Shown: positions 1 to 10,379 of the stretch, piece after piece
How the letters are laid out: each line of letters begins with the position of its first letter
How positions within the stretch are numbered: position 1 is the first letter of the stretch
Source of the DNA: Opitutales bacterium
GTDB lineage: Bacteria; Verrucomicrobiota; Verrucomicrobiia; Opitutales; JBHJGM01
Length of the DNA stretch: 64,000 nucleotides
Assembly (NCBI GenBank): GCA_050331815.1
Contig: JBHJGM010000004.1
Span: forward strand, 138,494-202,493
Direction: 5' to 3'
The notes under the pieces: generated by a model
What the model saw: the letters and a program-made list of their open reading frames with translations, nothing else
Told to the model about the DNA's origin: nothing
Database searches by the model: none
Translations under genes and position numbers: made by a program

Positions 1-1
1 G

Positions 2-1087
2 GTGACCGCTTTTGAAGCCGAGGTCGCCGCGCTTATGGGCACGCCGCACGCCCTGGGCGTTTCCTCGGGCACCGATGCGCTCCTGCTTTCGCTGATGGCG
101 CTGGACATCGGCCCGCGCGATGAAGTGATCGTGCCTTCATTTTCATTTTTCGCTTCGGCAGGAGTTATCAGCCGCTCGGGTGCGACGCCGGTTTTCGCCG
201 ACGTCTGCCCCTATTGCTTCAACCTGCAACCCGACGACCTGGAGGCGCTCATCACCCCACGGACCAAGGCTCTGATGCCGGTGCACCTGTTCGGGCAGGC
301 GGCCGAGATGGATGAGCTGCAGGCCATTGCCCAGGCGCACAATCTCTTTGTGATTGAGGATGCCGCGCAGTCGCTCGGGGCGCGTTATCGGGGCCAGCCA
401 TTGGGCTCGCTGGGCACCTGCGCCGCGACCAGCTTTTACCCGTCGAAAAACCTCGGCGGCTTCGGTGACAGCGGCCTCTTTTGCACCAGCGACACCGCGT
501 TGTATGAAAAAGCCCGGGCCCTGCGCGTGCACGGGATGCAGCCGCGTTACCATCACTCGATGATCGGCGGCAACTTCCGCATGGACCCCGTGCAGGCGGC
601 GCTGTTGCGGGTCAAGCTGCCCTACCTGGCCAAGTACAACGCGCAACGCGCCGCGCATGCCGCCTATTACAATACTGAATTGGCTCAATTGCCCGGCGTC
701 GCGCTGACCGACAAGGACGCCTGTGGTGCAGCGGCCTGGCCTGCCGAGCCGGCCACGCATCTTCTGCTGCCGGTGGCGTATTCCTTCAACGACCACATCT
801 GGAATCAGTACACGATCCGCGTGCGCAAAGCCGCCGACGGCACCAACTGCCGCGACGCGCTGCACGCGCACCTGAAGTCCCTCGAAATCGGCTGCGATAT
901 CTACTACCCGATTCCTCTGCACCGTCAGCGGTGCTATGCAACCCTGCCTGACAGCGCACGCGCGTTACCCATCAGCGAGCAGCTCGCCGACGAGGTTCTC
1001 AGCCTGCCGGTTTACCCCGAACTCAGCCGCACGCAGCAGGATGCCGTCATCGCGGCAATAGCGGCGTTTCTGGAAAACAAGGCCTGA
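2..1087 (+). CDS. DegT/DnrJ/EryC1/StrS family PLP-dependent aminotransferase (5' end probably outside window)
   Basis: SSGTDAL, PVHLFGQ, IEDAAQSLG, SFYPSKNLGGFGDSG (PLP lysine), GGNFRMD and LSLPVYPEL motifs. Confidence 0.93.
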   Translation: MTAFEAEVAALMGTPHALGVSSGTDALLLSLMALDIGPRDEVIVPSFSFFASAGVISRSGATPVFADVCPYCFNLQPDDLEALITPRTKALMPVHLFGQAAEMDELQAIAQAHNLFVIEDAAQSLGARYRGQPLGSLGTCAATSFYPSKNLGGFGDSGLFCTSDTALYEKARALRVHGMQPRYHHSMIGGNFRMDPVQAALLRVKLPYLAKYNAQRAAHAAYYNTELAQLPGVALTDKDACGAAAWPAEPATHLLLPVAYSFNDHIWNQYTIRVRKAADGTNCRDALHAHLKSLEIGCDIYYPIPLHRQRCYATLPDSARALPISEQLADEVLSLPVYPELSRTQQDAVIAAIAAFLENKA

Positions 1088-1099
1088 GCGAAGCGGCTC

Positions 1100-2788
1100 C
1101 TAACGGTAGTCATCGACCCAGTCACGATCGGCCTGGGAAAATTTGTCCAGCGGCACGCGCACGTCTTGTCCGTTGGCCATGCGCAAGCGGACGATGTCCC
1201 CCTCGACCTCAAGCAACGCCGCTTGGATCTGGCGGGACGGATCCTCGGCACTGGTCCAGGCCCGCGCGGGGGCGAGCGGCTGCGGCGTGGAGCCGATGCT
1301 CGACGCGCCGGGCACGTACGTCTCGCCGACGAGCGTGACCATGCTCAGCGCGGGCATCGTGAAGCGGGCCTTGCCGCCGAGCACACCGACGCGTGCGACC
1401 TCCTCGAAGTCTTCTTCTTCGCTGGTGCGGTATTGGGTGAATTCGCTCAAATCACGAACTCCCTCTATTTCCAGCTCGATGTCGCGCTCCGTATTCTCCG
1501 GGTTGATCAAAACGACCGACAGCTGGCCGTCTTCCGGATGGCGGTAAGCACTGGCCATCACATGCTTGCCACTGGGCTTGGCCTCGATGCGCTTGGCCCC
1601 GCGCTCGATGGTCCGGGCAAAATGACGCACCGCATGACTTTTCTTGGTCATCGTGTGTCCGACCATGAGGTGATGCTTGCTGCCGTTGCCGGTATCTTCG
1701 TGGCCGGAGATCTGCCAGGGCACAAAGGCGGAGGCGTTTCCGTGCACAAAGCTGTTGTGGATAGCCGCGGCAACACCCTCCAACGGTGCGGGCCACTGGT
1801 GCAACCCGGTGCCGCCCTCGGTGATCCAGTAGGGCTTGCCGTCGTCTTCGATGCTCGCCCAAAACTCCGAAACCGAGCTGGCGGTGTTGTCCTCCAGCTG
1901 CCCGTCGACGTAGCCGTGTGTGGCCCAGATATCGAGGTGATCCATGGCGTCGCTGCCGCGGATGGCCGCCAGGTAGGGCGGGTTGCCATGCTCGAAATTG
2001 TGGCCGGTCATCGTTTCGGGGCCAAAGATGCGGATGTCGCTCAGGCCTGCGCGATCGAGTCCTTCACCCAGCAGGGCCACGATCTCCGCGTAATCCTCGG
2101 CGATCCAGACGTTGCTCTGAAACGGCTGCGAAAACATGACTTCGTTGCCCGGGCTGATCGCGCTCAGGGCCCCGCCTTCGCTTTCCCAGAGCTTGGCCAT
2201 CTCCACCAGCCACTTTACGAAGTGCGGGTAATGCTCCTTGGTCACGTAGTTCTGGGTGGTGCCGTAAGTCAGCGCCGAGATGCCTTGCTTGGGGCGCTGA
2301 CCGTTGCGAGGGATGGCCGGGTCGGCGTGTCCCTGGCCGTGGGCTTTCATCCAGCCCGGAGGCGACCAGACCGTGCCGATGATCATCATCTCCGGATTCA
2401 CCTGTTTGAGCTTCTGTGCAAACTCTATGAAGACGCGTGGACGGCCCGTACTCGCATCCAGGGAGAAGTTCTCGTGGCTGATTTCCTCCAGCGGCGTGGG
2501 GTTGGGCAGGCTGCCAAAACCCAGTTCGCAGCGCAGGATGTCCAGCCCCATGTCGTCCGCGTAGATTTTGGCCAGTTTCTCGTCGTAGTAAAGACCGGGG
2601 AACTGGCCCCAGCTGATCAGGCAGGTGCCGAATCCATCGATCGTCTGGAAGGTCTTGCCGGCGTCGATTTGAATCTCGGCTGTCTCGGCGGCGTGAACCG
2701 CCGGCCGCGTGGTTACCAGGGCCGTCGCGCCCACCAGAAGCGCGCCGGCGCAGGTTGAGGCAAAGTAACGAGTCGCAGGGGAATTCAT
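1100..2788 (-). CDS. Secreted GH30-family glycoside hydrolase with C-terminal SHD1-like domain
   Basis: Signal peptide ending AVHA; FQTIDGFG, TVWSPPGWMK, acid/base GNE, nucleophile WITEG; C-terminal RAWTSA...IQAALL...VRL...VPLDKFSQADRDWV; ATG at 2788 chosen over the longer ORF. Confidence 0.82.
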   Translation of the reverse strand: MNSPATRYFASTCAGALLVGATALVTTRPAVHAAETAEIQIDAGKTFQTIDGFGTCLISWGQFPGLYYDEKLAKIYADDMGLDILRCELGFGSLPNPTPLEEISHENFSLDASTGRPRVFIEFAQKLKQVNPEMMIIGTVWSPPGWMKAHGQGHADPAIPRNGQRPKQGISALTYGTTQNYVTKEHYPHFVKWLVEMAKLWESEGGALSAISPGNEVMFSQPFQSNVWIAEDYAEIVALLGEGLDRAGLSDIRIFGPETMTGHNFEHGNPPYLAAIRGSDAMDHLDIWATHGYVDGQLEDNTASSVSEFWASIEDDGKPYWITEGGTGLHQWPAPLEGVAAAIHNSFVHGNASAFVPWQISGHEDTGNGSKHHLMVGHTMTKKSHAVRHFARTIERGAKRIEAKPSGKHVMASAYRHPEDGQLSVVLINPENTERDIELEIEGVRDLSEFTQYRTSEEEDFEEVARVGVLGGKARFTMPALSMVTLVGETYVPGASSIGSTPQPLAPARAWTSAEDPSRQIQAALLEVEGDIVRLRMANGQDVRVPLDKFSQADRDWVDDYR

Positions 2789-2922
2789 GCATTCAGTATG
2801 AACGCCAGGGGTTCGCTGACAAGCCATCCCGGCGCGCGCCTGTGTTGCGAGTAATTCATGAATGAGCAACTAACCGCTTACGGTTAGCTTCCCTTAAATC
2901 CTTCAAAACGCCTGATTTCGGT

Positions 2923-2949
2923 TAAAGGTGCAGGGTTACCTAACGATTA
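2923..2949 (+). promoter_or_regulatory. Putative sigma-28-like promoter of the MCP gene
   Basis: TAAA-N15-AACGATTA versus consensus TAAA-N15-GCCGATAA, about 65 bp upstream of a chemoreceptor. Confidence 0.4.
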
Positions 2950-3013
2950 CAGATTTGTCTGCTGGAGTGCCCCCTGAAGGCTTCAGCACAGGTTGTTTGA
3001 TTTGGGATACATT

Positions 3014-5353
3014 ATGAAACTAAGCACGAAGATTACTCTGGGTTTCAGCGCGGTGGTGGGCCTGACGCTTGTTCTGGGAAGCATCGCCGTCGTTTCCATG
3101 AGTTCGGCGGGCGGCAAGGCCGAAACTATGAAGGATTCGTACCTGCCGGAAGTCGATGTCGCTAACCGCATCGAGCGCTACTCGTCCGCCGCGATGTTCG
3201 ATCTGCGTGGCTATGGATTTACTGGTGAGGACAAATTTCTGCGTCAGGGACGCAGCTATCTGGCCGAGACGGCCAAAGCCCTGGATGAGGCCCTGGCGCT
3301 GGCCCGCGAACGCGACCTGCAGGGTCTGGCCAAATCCGCGCAGGAGGCCAAGGACGCCCTGCAAGCCTATCGTGGCGAAGTCGAAGAGACCGTACGTATC
3401 AACCAGTCGATGGACGCCAAGCGGCTGAGCATGGATGCCGCAGCGGCCACCTTTACCGAATCCGCCCAAAAGTTTCTGGAAGGCCAGGAAGCGGCGCTGA
3501 AAAGCGATTTGGCCGCGCGCCAGGCCAAAATCAACCTGGTTGTCAAAATCATCGAGAACGCCTCGGAGGCGCGTGTGCTCAATTTCAAGGCCCAGGCCAG
3601 CGGCGATTTGCGCAGCCTGGATCAGGCCGTCAAGCGCATGGAAGGCATCGATTCCCTGTGCGGTCTGCTCAAGGACAAGATGCGCGTGCAGGCAGACCTT
3701 GACGGCGTGGCGGCAATTCTGGACGCCTCGGGCACCTACGCGGGTGCTCTAAATCAATTCCGTGCGGGCCTCGCCCAGAAACTGGCCCAGGACGACCCCC
3801 GCCTGCGCCAGGCGCGCGAACGCATGGATGCCAGCGCGGGCGCCCTGATGCAGCAGTGTCGCACGCTCTTGCAGGCTCAAAACGACGCCCTCACGCAGGA
3901 CATCAGCGAGCGCACTTCGAAGATCCGTTACGGCTCGGACATCCTCAACTTGGGCAACGAAACCCGCATCGCGAATTTCAAGGCGCAGGCGTTGCGCGAC
4001 CCGGAAATCCTCCAGCAGGGCCTGGAGAACTTTGACATCATCGCGCGCAGGTATGAGCAGCTCAAGCGCATCACCCGCCTGGAAAAGGACATCGCGCTGA
4101 TCACTGAGAAAGAGCAGGCTGGCAACCGCTACCAAACACAGATGCAGGGCTTTCTTGCAGACTGGAGTCGCCTGCGGGAATTGAACGTCCAGCGCGTGGT
4201 GACCAGTTCCAAAATGGTCGAGGCGGCGCAGACCACCGCGGCCAACGCCATGGAGAACCTCAATTCCAAAGCGGGAGAGGTTGATAGCGCTCTGCAGGCC
4301 GGTTCTGGCGTGGTGATTGGCGGCGTGGTGGCCGCGTTGATCACCAGCGTGGTGCTGGGTTATTTCATTGTCAGTAGCATCAGCAAGGCCGTGCGCCGCA
4401 TCGCCGGCGACTTGCGCGACTCCAGTAGCCAGGTCACCTCGGCGGCCGGGCAGGTTTCCTCCGGGGCGCAGGACATGGCCAACGGCGCTTCCGAACAGGC
4501 CGCCGGCATCGAAGAAACCTCTTCCTCCTTGGAAGAGCTGAGTTCGATGACCCACCAGAATTCCGAAAACGCCGGCAAGGCCAGCACCCTGATGGGCGAA
4601 AATTCGCGCCTGGTCGAAGAGGTCAACGCCTCCATGGCCAGCCTCACGCGGCAGATGGCCGAAATCTCCGAGGCCAGCGACGAGATGCAGAAAATCATCA
4701 AGACGATCGACGAGATCGCCTTTCAAACGAACCTGCTGGCGCTGAACGCCGCCGTCGAAGCAGCTCGCGCGGGCGAAGCCGGAGCCGGGTTTGCGGTGGT
4801 TGCCGACGAAGTGCGCAGCCTGGCCATGCGTGCCGCCGAGGCCGCCCAGAACACCTCCACGCTCATCGAGACATCCGTGACGAAAATCGGCAACGGCAGC
4901 GAAGTGGTCGAGCGCACCAACGAGGTCTTTGTCCGCGTTGAAGAAGGCGCGCGCCAGGCCGTCGAGCTGGTTGAACAGATTTCCACTGCCTCGCGCGAAC
5001 AGGCCGCCGGTCTCGATCAGATCAACAAGGCCATCGCCGACATGGACAAGGTCACCCAGCACACCGCCTCCGGAGCCGAGGAATCCGCTTCCGCCGCGCA
5101 GGAGTTGGCGAGTCAGGCCGACAAGATGTTCGGCTTCGTCAAGGTGCTGGTGGAACTGGTTGACGGACTCTCTGGCGTCAAGGCGATGGAGGCACGCATT
5201 GCCGGTTCCGGAGGTGGCGGGCCCGCGGTGATCCGTCCCGCCCACACGCCGTCAAAACAGGCACCGGTTGCCGCTGGAGGCGAGGGCCACGACGGGTTTT
5301 TCCTGACCGACGCCCAGCCCGATGACTCGGACACCCAAGTGATTACGCGTTAG
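3014..5353 (+). CDS. Methyl-accepting chemotaxis protein
   Basis: Two TM helices flanking a large periplasmic region; [37 protein letters not shown] signalling hairpin. Confidence 0.96.
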   Translation: MKLSTKITLGFSAVVGLTLVLGSIAVVSMSSAGGKAETMKDSYLPEVDVANRIERYSSAAMFDLRGYGFTGEDKFLRQGRSYLAETAKALDEALALARERDLQGLAKSAQEAKDALQAYRGEVEETVRINQSMDAKRLSMDAAAATFTESAQKFLEGQEAALKSDLAARQAKINLVVKIIENASEARVLNFKAQASGDLRSLDQAVKRMEGIDSLCGLLKDKMRVQADLDGVAAILDASGTYAGALNQFRAGLAQKLAQDDPRLRQARERMDASAGALMQQCRTLLQAQNDALTQDISERTSKIRYGSDILNLGNETRIANFKAQALRDPEILQQGLENFDIIARRYEQLKRITRLEKDIALITEKEQAGNRYQTQMQGFLADWSRLRELNVQRVVTSSKMVEAAQTTAANAMENLNSKAGEVDSALQAGSGVVIGGVVAALITSVVLGYFIVSSISKAVRRIAGDLRDSSSQVTSAAGQVSSGAQDMANGASEQAAGIEETSSSLEELSSMTHQNSENAGKASTLMGENSRLVEEVNASMASLTRQMAEISEASDEMQKIIKTIDEIAFQTNLLALNAAVEAARAGEAGAGFAVVADEVRSLAMRAAEAAQNTSTLIETSVTKIGNGSEVVERTNEVFVRVEEGARQAVELVEQISTASREQAAGLDQINKAIADMDKVTQHTASGAEESASAAQELASQADKMFGFVKVLVELVDGLSGVKAMEARIAGSGGGGPAVIRPAHTPSKQAPVAAGGEGHDGFFLTDAQPDDSDTQVITR

Positions 5354-5376
5354 GCTGAGCCTCCGCAGCCACTTTC

Positions 5377-5412
5377 AAGCCCGGTCTTCCCGCAGCGGTG
5401 ACCGGGCTTTTT
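5377..5412 (+). terminator. Rho-independent terminator after MCP
   Basis: AAGCCCGGTC...GACCGGGCTT stem followed by T-run. Confidence 0.8.
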
Positions 5413-5574
5413 CGTAGGGTGAGACCCGGGCAATTGTTACAGCCAGGTGTCGAAAGAGGCTTGTGTGTGGCTACGCAAAGATTAGTATGTTGGGTTTCTT
5501 AAAAAGGAAATTTCGGTTTCCAGAAACCCTTGAACGCGCCCGTCCCTGCTGCGCGGGGCCTTGCGCCGCCTCCG

Positions 5575-5964
5575 ATGCCTACCAACCGAGTCAACTCGTT
5601 TCTGGCCCTTGCGGTGCCAGACAATTCGCAGCCCGAAGCGGTTGCCTACCGCACGGAACTCGCCTCGCGGACCGATGGTTCGCGCGAGTGCCGTTTGTCC
5701 GTCCTGAGCGGTTTCTGCCTGTCGTCCTTTGAGGGCTTCGACCGCGCGCTGGGGGAGATCGCCGCTGCGCGCCCGCAGCAAACCGTCATCAACCTGACGG
5801 AAATGCCCAACCCGCCGGCCTACCTGGTGCACCTGCTGGATACCTTCATCGTGGCCCTCAAGCGCAACGGGGGAAAGGTGACGATGCTGCTCCCGGCCTA
5901 CGGCGACCGCGTGCTGTTTACGAAGACCGGCTCGCGTCCGCCCTTCGATTTCAGCGCCTGTTGA
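5575..5964 (+). CDS. Small STAS-like (anti-sigma antagonist-like) protein
   Basis: Pattern FDRALGEI...QTVINLTEM...LLDTFIVALKRNGGKVTM resembles a STAS fold; start uncertain. Confidence 0.5.
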   Translation: MPTNRVNSFLALAVPDNSQPEAVAYRTELASRTDGSRECRLSVLSGFCLSSFEGFDRALGEIAAARPQQTVINLTEMPNPPAYLVHLLDTFIVALKRNGGKVTMLLPAYGDRVLFTKTGSRPPFDFSAC

Positions 5965-6175
5965 AGCCCTGCCTTGCGCCCGGGGCTGCGGCGGGTGCCT
6001 GGCTCCGTGATGGTAAGATAAACCCGGCTGGCGCTTGAGGTTGCCCGCCCTGCGCGGGGCTTTGTCTCATGCGCGGGAGAGTTCATGTCGCGACGCCGGG
6101 GCTTGCCTCACCCGGGTCGGTCGGACCAAATAGCGTCCTTTGTCTTGGATACTGCATAACTTTTAAGGACGATCG

Positions 6176-7678
6176 ATGGCTGCTAAACCCAGAAACATTC
6201 TCTTCATCACCGCCGATGAAATGCGTGGCGATGCGCCTTCCTTCATGGGCAACCCCGATTGCCAAATGCCGCGGCTGGATGCGCTCGCCGCTCGTGGCAG
6301 CGTTCTTGAAAAGCACTTTTGCGTCTTCCCCAAGTGCGTGCCCAGCCGCGTCTCGATGCATACGGGTCGCTACACGCATACCGAGGGATACCGCTCCGTG
6401 ATGGGTGACAACCACATGCCCCGAGGTCAGCCGAACATGCTGGAGCAACTGCGTGAGGCGCACGGTTACGAGACCTGCATGTTTGGCCTGAATCACGTGT
6501 TTGAAAGCGACTGGTTCTACGGCGACAACGAACCCTTCCAGGGTGCGGTGGATTACCACTCGTTCATCAATGGCCCCTTGCGCGAGATGGCCATGCAGCC
6601 GCGCACGTATCCGCCGCGCGACCCGCAGGGCCCGCCCGTGCTGGAGGAACTGGATGTCGATTACGGGGGTTGCGCCACCGGTACGAAGGAAGGCTTTCTC
6701 GACGAAAACCGTTGTGACCAGGCCATCCATTATCTGGCAAATCTGCGCAACCCGGACAAGCCCTTCTTCCTGCAGCTGAACATCAGCAAGCCGCACCCCA
6801 TTTACGAGGTCTGCGAGCCGTATTACTCGATGTACGACCGGGCCGCGCTGACGCCCTTCCCGCACGAACTTCCCCAAAACGCGCCCCTGCCGCTACGGGC
6901 TCAGCGTACACATCGCCTCGGTGAGACGGTTTCCGAGGAAGTGTTGCGCGAGCTGCAGGCGGTGTACTACGGCATGTGCAGCTTTGTGGACCACCACATT
7001 GGGCGCGTCTTGGACTGCCTGCAGCAGCAGGGCCTCGAAGACGAAACGCTGGTCATCTTTACCTCCGACCACGGCGACTTTGCGGGCCAGTACGGCATTA
7101 ACGAAAAGTGGGACACAATGATGACGGATTGCCTCCTGCACGTGCCCTTTGTCATCGCCGGGCCTGGCATCCCGGAAGGAAAGCGCTTTGGCGCGTTGAC
7201 CGAGCAGGTTGACCTGCCCGCGACCTGGTTCGAGTACCTGGGCCTGGAAAATCAGGACCCGCACTGGCACTGGCACGGAGAAAGTCTTTTGCCGGTGCTG
7301 GAGGGGCAGCCAGGCAAGGGGGCGGTCTTTGCTGATGGCGGCCACGAAGCACCGATGCGCGCGCGGTTTGACCGGCCCGCCTGGGAGGAGAAGGGTGGAC
7401 GCCGCATCAAAGCTACCGGCGGCAAACAGCTCACCTATCAGGAGGCGCCCGATGCCATGGCCCGCGCTAAAATGATCCGTACCCAGGAATGGAAACTGGT
7501 GGTGCGTGAAATCGGCGGCAACGAGCTTTACCACCTGACCGAGGATCGCTGGGAGTTGAAGAACCTCTACGGTCAACCGGGCACCGAGTCCATCACGCTC
7601 GAGTTGCAGCGAGGCTTGCTCGAATGGTGCCTGCGTACCGATACCGATCGCCCCTACATTCAGAATGTCGGAGCCTAA
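6176..7678 (+). CDS. Formylglycine-dependent sulfatase, no signal peptide
   Basis: NILFITADE, CVPSR...TGRY signature, IFTSDHGD, PFFL...KPH. Confidence 0.93.
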   Translation: MAAKPRNILFITADEMRGDAPSFMGNPDCQMPRLDALAARGSVLEKHFCVFPKCVPSRVSMHTGRYTHTEGYRSVMGDNHMPRGQPNMLEQLREAHGYETCMFGLNHVFESDWFYGDNEPFQGAVDYHSFINGPLREMAMQPRTYPPRDPQGPPVLEELDVDYGGCATGTKEGFLDENRCDQAIHYLANLRNPDKPFFLQLNISKPHPIYEVCEPYYSMYDRAALTPFPHELPQNAPLPLRAQRTHRLGETVSEEVLRELQAVYYGMCSFVDHHIGRVLDCLQQQGLEDETLVIFTSDHGDFAGQYGINEKWDTMMTDCLLHVPFVIAGPGIPEGKRFGALTEQVDLPATWFEYLGLENQDPHWHWHGESLLPVLEGQPGKGAVFADGGHEAPMRARFDRPAWEEKGGRRIKATGGKQLTYQEAPDAMARAKMIRTQEWKLVVREIGGNELYHLTEDRWELKNLYGQPGTESITLELQRGLLEWCLRTDTDRPYIQNVGA

Positions 7679-7765
7679 GCGACGCACCCGTCTGCGAATG
7701 TTTCCGGGTGGGGGCGGGCCTGGCTCCACGCTTGCGGCGGCGGACAAGGCAACCATGTTCGAAGC

Positions 7766-8302
7766 ATGGCCAGTTCCGTCCTGATTCTCTTTGCGCACCC
7801 GGCGTACGAACGCTCCCGCGCCCAGCGAGCCTTGTTGAAAGGGCTGCAGGGACTGGAGGGCGTCCAGGTGCACGATTTGTATGAGGCCTATCCGGACTTT
7901 GCCATCGACGTGCCCCGCGAACAGAAACTGCTGGAAGCGCACGCGACGGTCATTTTTCAGTTTCCCATGTTTTGGTACTCCACCCCGGCAATTCTCAAAG
8001 AATGGCAGGACCTGGTGCTGGAGCACGGCTGGGCCTACGGCACCGGCGGGAACGCCCTGCAGGGTAAGCGCTTCGTCTGCGCCACCAGTACCGGGGGCGG
8101 GCTGCAAAGCTACACAGCCACTGGTGGCAACCGCCATACCATCGCGCAGCTGCTGCGCCCGCTGGAGCAGACCGCCTATCTGTGTGGGATGCAGCCGCAA
8201 GAGCCCTTCGTAGTTTACGGCACGCACAATCTGACGGATGCCGAACTGAAAGAAGCCGCCGCTCGCTACCGCGCGCTGCTGGAAGGCTGGTCCGGCGCAT
8301 GA
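7766..8302 (+). CDS. kefF: KefF/KefG-type NAD(P)H oxidoreductase (flavodoxin_2 fold)
   Basis: LFAHP, HDLYEAYPDF, QFPMFWYSTPAILKEWQD, GWAYG; overlaps the kefC start (ATGA). Confidence 0.88.
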   Translation: MASSVLILFAHPAYERSRAQRALLKGLQGLEGVQVHDLYEAYPDFAIDVPREQKLLEAHATVIFQFPMFWYSTPAILKEWQDLVLEHGWAYGTGGNALQGKRFVCATSTGGGLQSYTATGGNRHTIAQLLRPLEQTAYLCGMQPQEPFVVYGTHNLTDAELKEAAARYRALLEGWSGA

Positions 8303-10359
8303 ACGCCTTGCTGCAACAGGCCTTTGTGCTGCTTTTGACCGCGATCATCGCGGTGCCGCTGTCGCGGCGTTTCGGGCTGAGTTCGGTACTGGGCTATCTG
8401 GTGGCAGGAATTTTCATTGGTCCCTACGTGCTGGGGTTCATCGGCGGGGCCAAGGGCGCGGAGTTGATGCACATCGCCGAGTTTGGCGTCGTCATGATGC
8501 TCTTTCTCATCGGCCTGGAGGTTGACCTGAGCAAGCTCTGGCGGCTGCGCGGCGCCATTTTTGGCGCGGGCGGCGGACAGGTAACGGTGACCACGGGGAT
8601 CATCGGCGGCGGGGCCTACCTGTTTGGTTTGCCGTGGCAAACCTCGCTGGCCTTCGGCTTCATTCTGGCGCTTTCCTCGACGGCCATCGCCCTGCAAACG
8701 CTCGCGGAGAAAAACCAGCTGACCAGCCCAGGCGGACAAAAGGCCTTTGCGGTATTGCTCTTTCAGGACATCGCGGTGATCCCCGCCCTCGCGCTGCTGC
8801 CCCTGCTGGCGGTGGACCCCGCGCCCAAAAACGAGGCAGCGCCCGCGCCCGAAGCCATTGAGGCCTTCATCGACAATGCCGAACCCGCCTACCTTGTCGC
8901 GGCCGGCGCGCCGGTGGACGAAGGCCACGACGTTGAGGGCCACGACGGCCACGCAGCGATGGACACTGCGATCAAGCAACTGCCCGGCTGGGCGCAGGTG
9001 TGCGTGACGCTGGCGGCGTTGGCAGCGCTGGTGTTCATCGGGCCGCGGATCGCCCGCGGCGTCTTTTTGGTGGTGGCCTCGCTGCAGATTCGCGAGCTCT
9101 TCACGGCGGCGGCGTTGCTCCTGGTTATCGCGGTTTCTTTGCTGATGCTGCTCTTGGGCTTGAGCCCGGCGCTCGGTGCGTTTTTGGCTGGCGTCGTCTT
9201 GGCCGGTTCGGAGTTCCGGCACGAGATCGAGGCCGATATCGAACCCTTCAAGGGGCTGCTGCTCGGGCTGTTTTTCATCGCCGTGGGCGCAGGCATGAAC
9301 CTCTCCCTCTTTACCGAGACCCCGCTCTCCATCCTCGCGCTGGCGCTCATGCTGACCGTCGGCAAGGCGTTGATCATCTACCCCATCGGCAAGCTCTACC
9401 GGCTGCACCCGCAGCAAAACGCGCTGTTCTCCGTCTCGCTGGGGCAGGGGGGAGAGTTTGCGTTTGTGCTGGGGGCCTTTGCGTTGAGCCAAGGCGTCTT
9501 TCAGCCGGGCCTGGCAAATATTCTGCAGATGTCCGTCGCGGTCTCGATGGCGATCAGTCCCTTCCTTTTCCTGCTGAACGATCGCTGGCTGCAAAAGAAA
9601 CTCTGCGTGGCGACCGCGCCGGAATCCACCGGCGACGCCATTGAGGAGAGCAATCCGGTCATTATCGCCGGATTTGGACGCTTCGGGCACATCATCGGGC
9701 GTATCCTTCGCTCGTACGGCGTGGGCGCGACCGTTCTCGACAATGACGCCTCCCATGTGGAGTTGTTGCGCAAACTCGGCCTGAAAGTCTACTTTGGCGA
9801 CGCGGCGCGCTTCGACATGCTGGAGGCTGCCGGAGCGGGCAAGGCGCGGCTGCTGGTCGCCGCCCTGGACAGTCCCGAGATGAATCTGCGCGTTGTCCAG
9901 ACGGCCCGGAAACATTTTCCGCACCTGCGGATTCTGGCCCGCGCGCATGGGCGGCAAGAGGCTTATCAGGTGCTCGACGCGGGCGTGAACGATGTCTACC
10001 GCGAGACGCTCGACACCTCGCTGAAGCTCTCCGGCGACATCCTGAAAATTCTCGGGCATCGGGCCCTCGCCGTGGAGCGCGCCCTGATCGCATTTCGCCG
10101 ACACGATGAACGGGTCGTGCGCGAGATGGCCGGCTACGCCGGAGATACTCAGGAGTACATTCGCGAGGCGCGGGCGCGTATTGAAGAGGTGGACCTGCTC
10201 TTCCGCTCGGACCGCCAGGGTGACCCGCTATCGGGCCAGATGGCGGCCTGGGATACCGCCTCGCTGATTCACGATCCGGCCATCGGTGCCAGTGCCGACG
10301 CCAAGTCCGCAGCCAAGGCAAAAGAGGCGCCGGGGTCCGCGCACTCTGAGCAATTTTAA
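8299..10359 (+). CDS. kefC: KefB/KefC-type CPA2 K+ efflux antiporter with KTN/TrkA-N domain
   Basis: AEFGVVMMLFLIGLE, LSSTAIAL, LLFQDIAVIP, IEPFKGLLLGLFF, QGGEFAFV, IIAGFGRFG. Confidence 0.92.
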   Translation: MNALLQQAFVLLLTAIIAVPLSRRFGLSSVLGYLVAGIFIGPYVLGFIGGAKGAELMHIAEFGVVMMLFLIGLEVDLSKLWRLRGAIFGAGGGQVTVTTGIIGGGAYLFGLPWQTSLAFGFILALSSTAIALQTLAEKNQLTSPGGQKAFAVLLFQDIAVIPALALLPLLAVDPAPKNEAAPAPEAIEAFIDNAEPAYLVAAGAPVDEGHDVEGHDGHAAMDTAIKQLPGWAQVCVTLAALAALVFIGPRIARGVFLVVASLQIRELFTAAALLLVIAVSLLMLLLGLSPALGAFLAGVVLAGSEFRHEIEADIEPFKGLLLGLFFIAVGAGMNLSLFTETPLSILALALMLTVGKALIIYPIGKLYRLHPQQNALFSVSLGQGGEFAFVLGAFALSQGVFQPGLANILQMSVAVSMAISPFLFLLNDRWLQKKLCVATAPESTGDAIEESNPVIIAGFGRFGHIIGRILRSYGVGATVLDNDASHVELLRKLGLKVYFGDAARFDMLEAAGAGKARLLVAALDSPEMNLRVVQTARKHFPHLRILARAHGRQEAYQVLDAGVNDVYRETLDTSLKLSGDILKILGHRALAVERALIAFRRHDERVVREMAGYAGDTQEYIREARARIEEVDLLFRSDRQGDPLSGQMAAWDTASLIHDPAIGASADAKSAAKAKEAPGSAHSEQF

Positions 10360-10379
10360 ACGGCTCGCGACGCGCGAAC

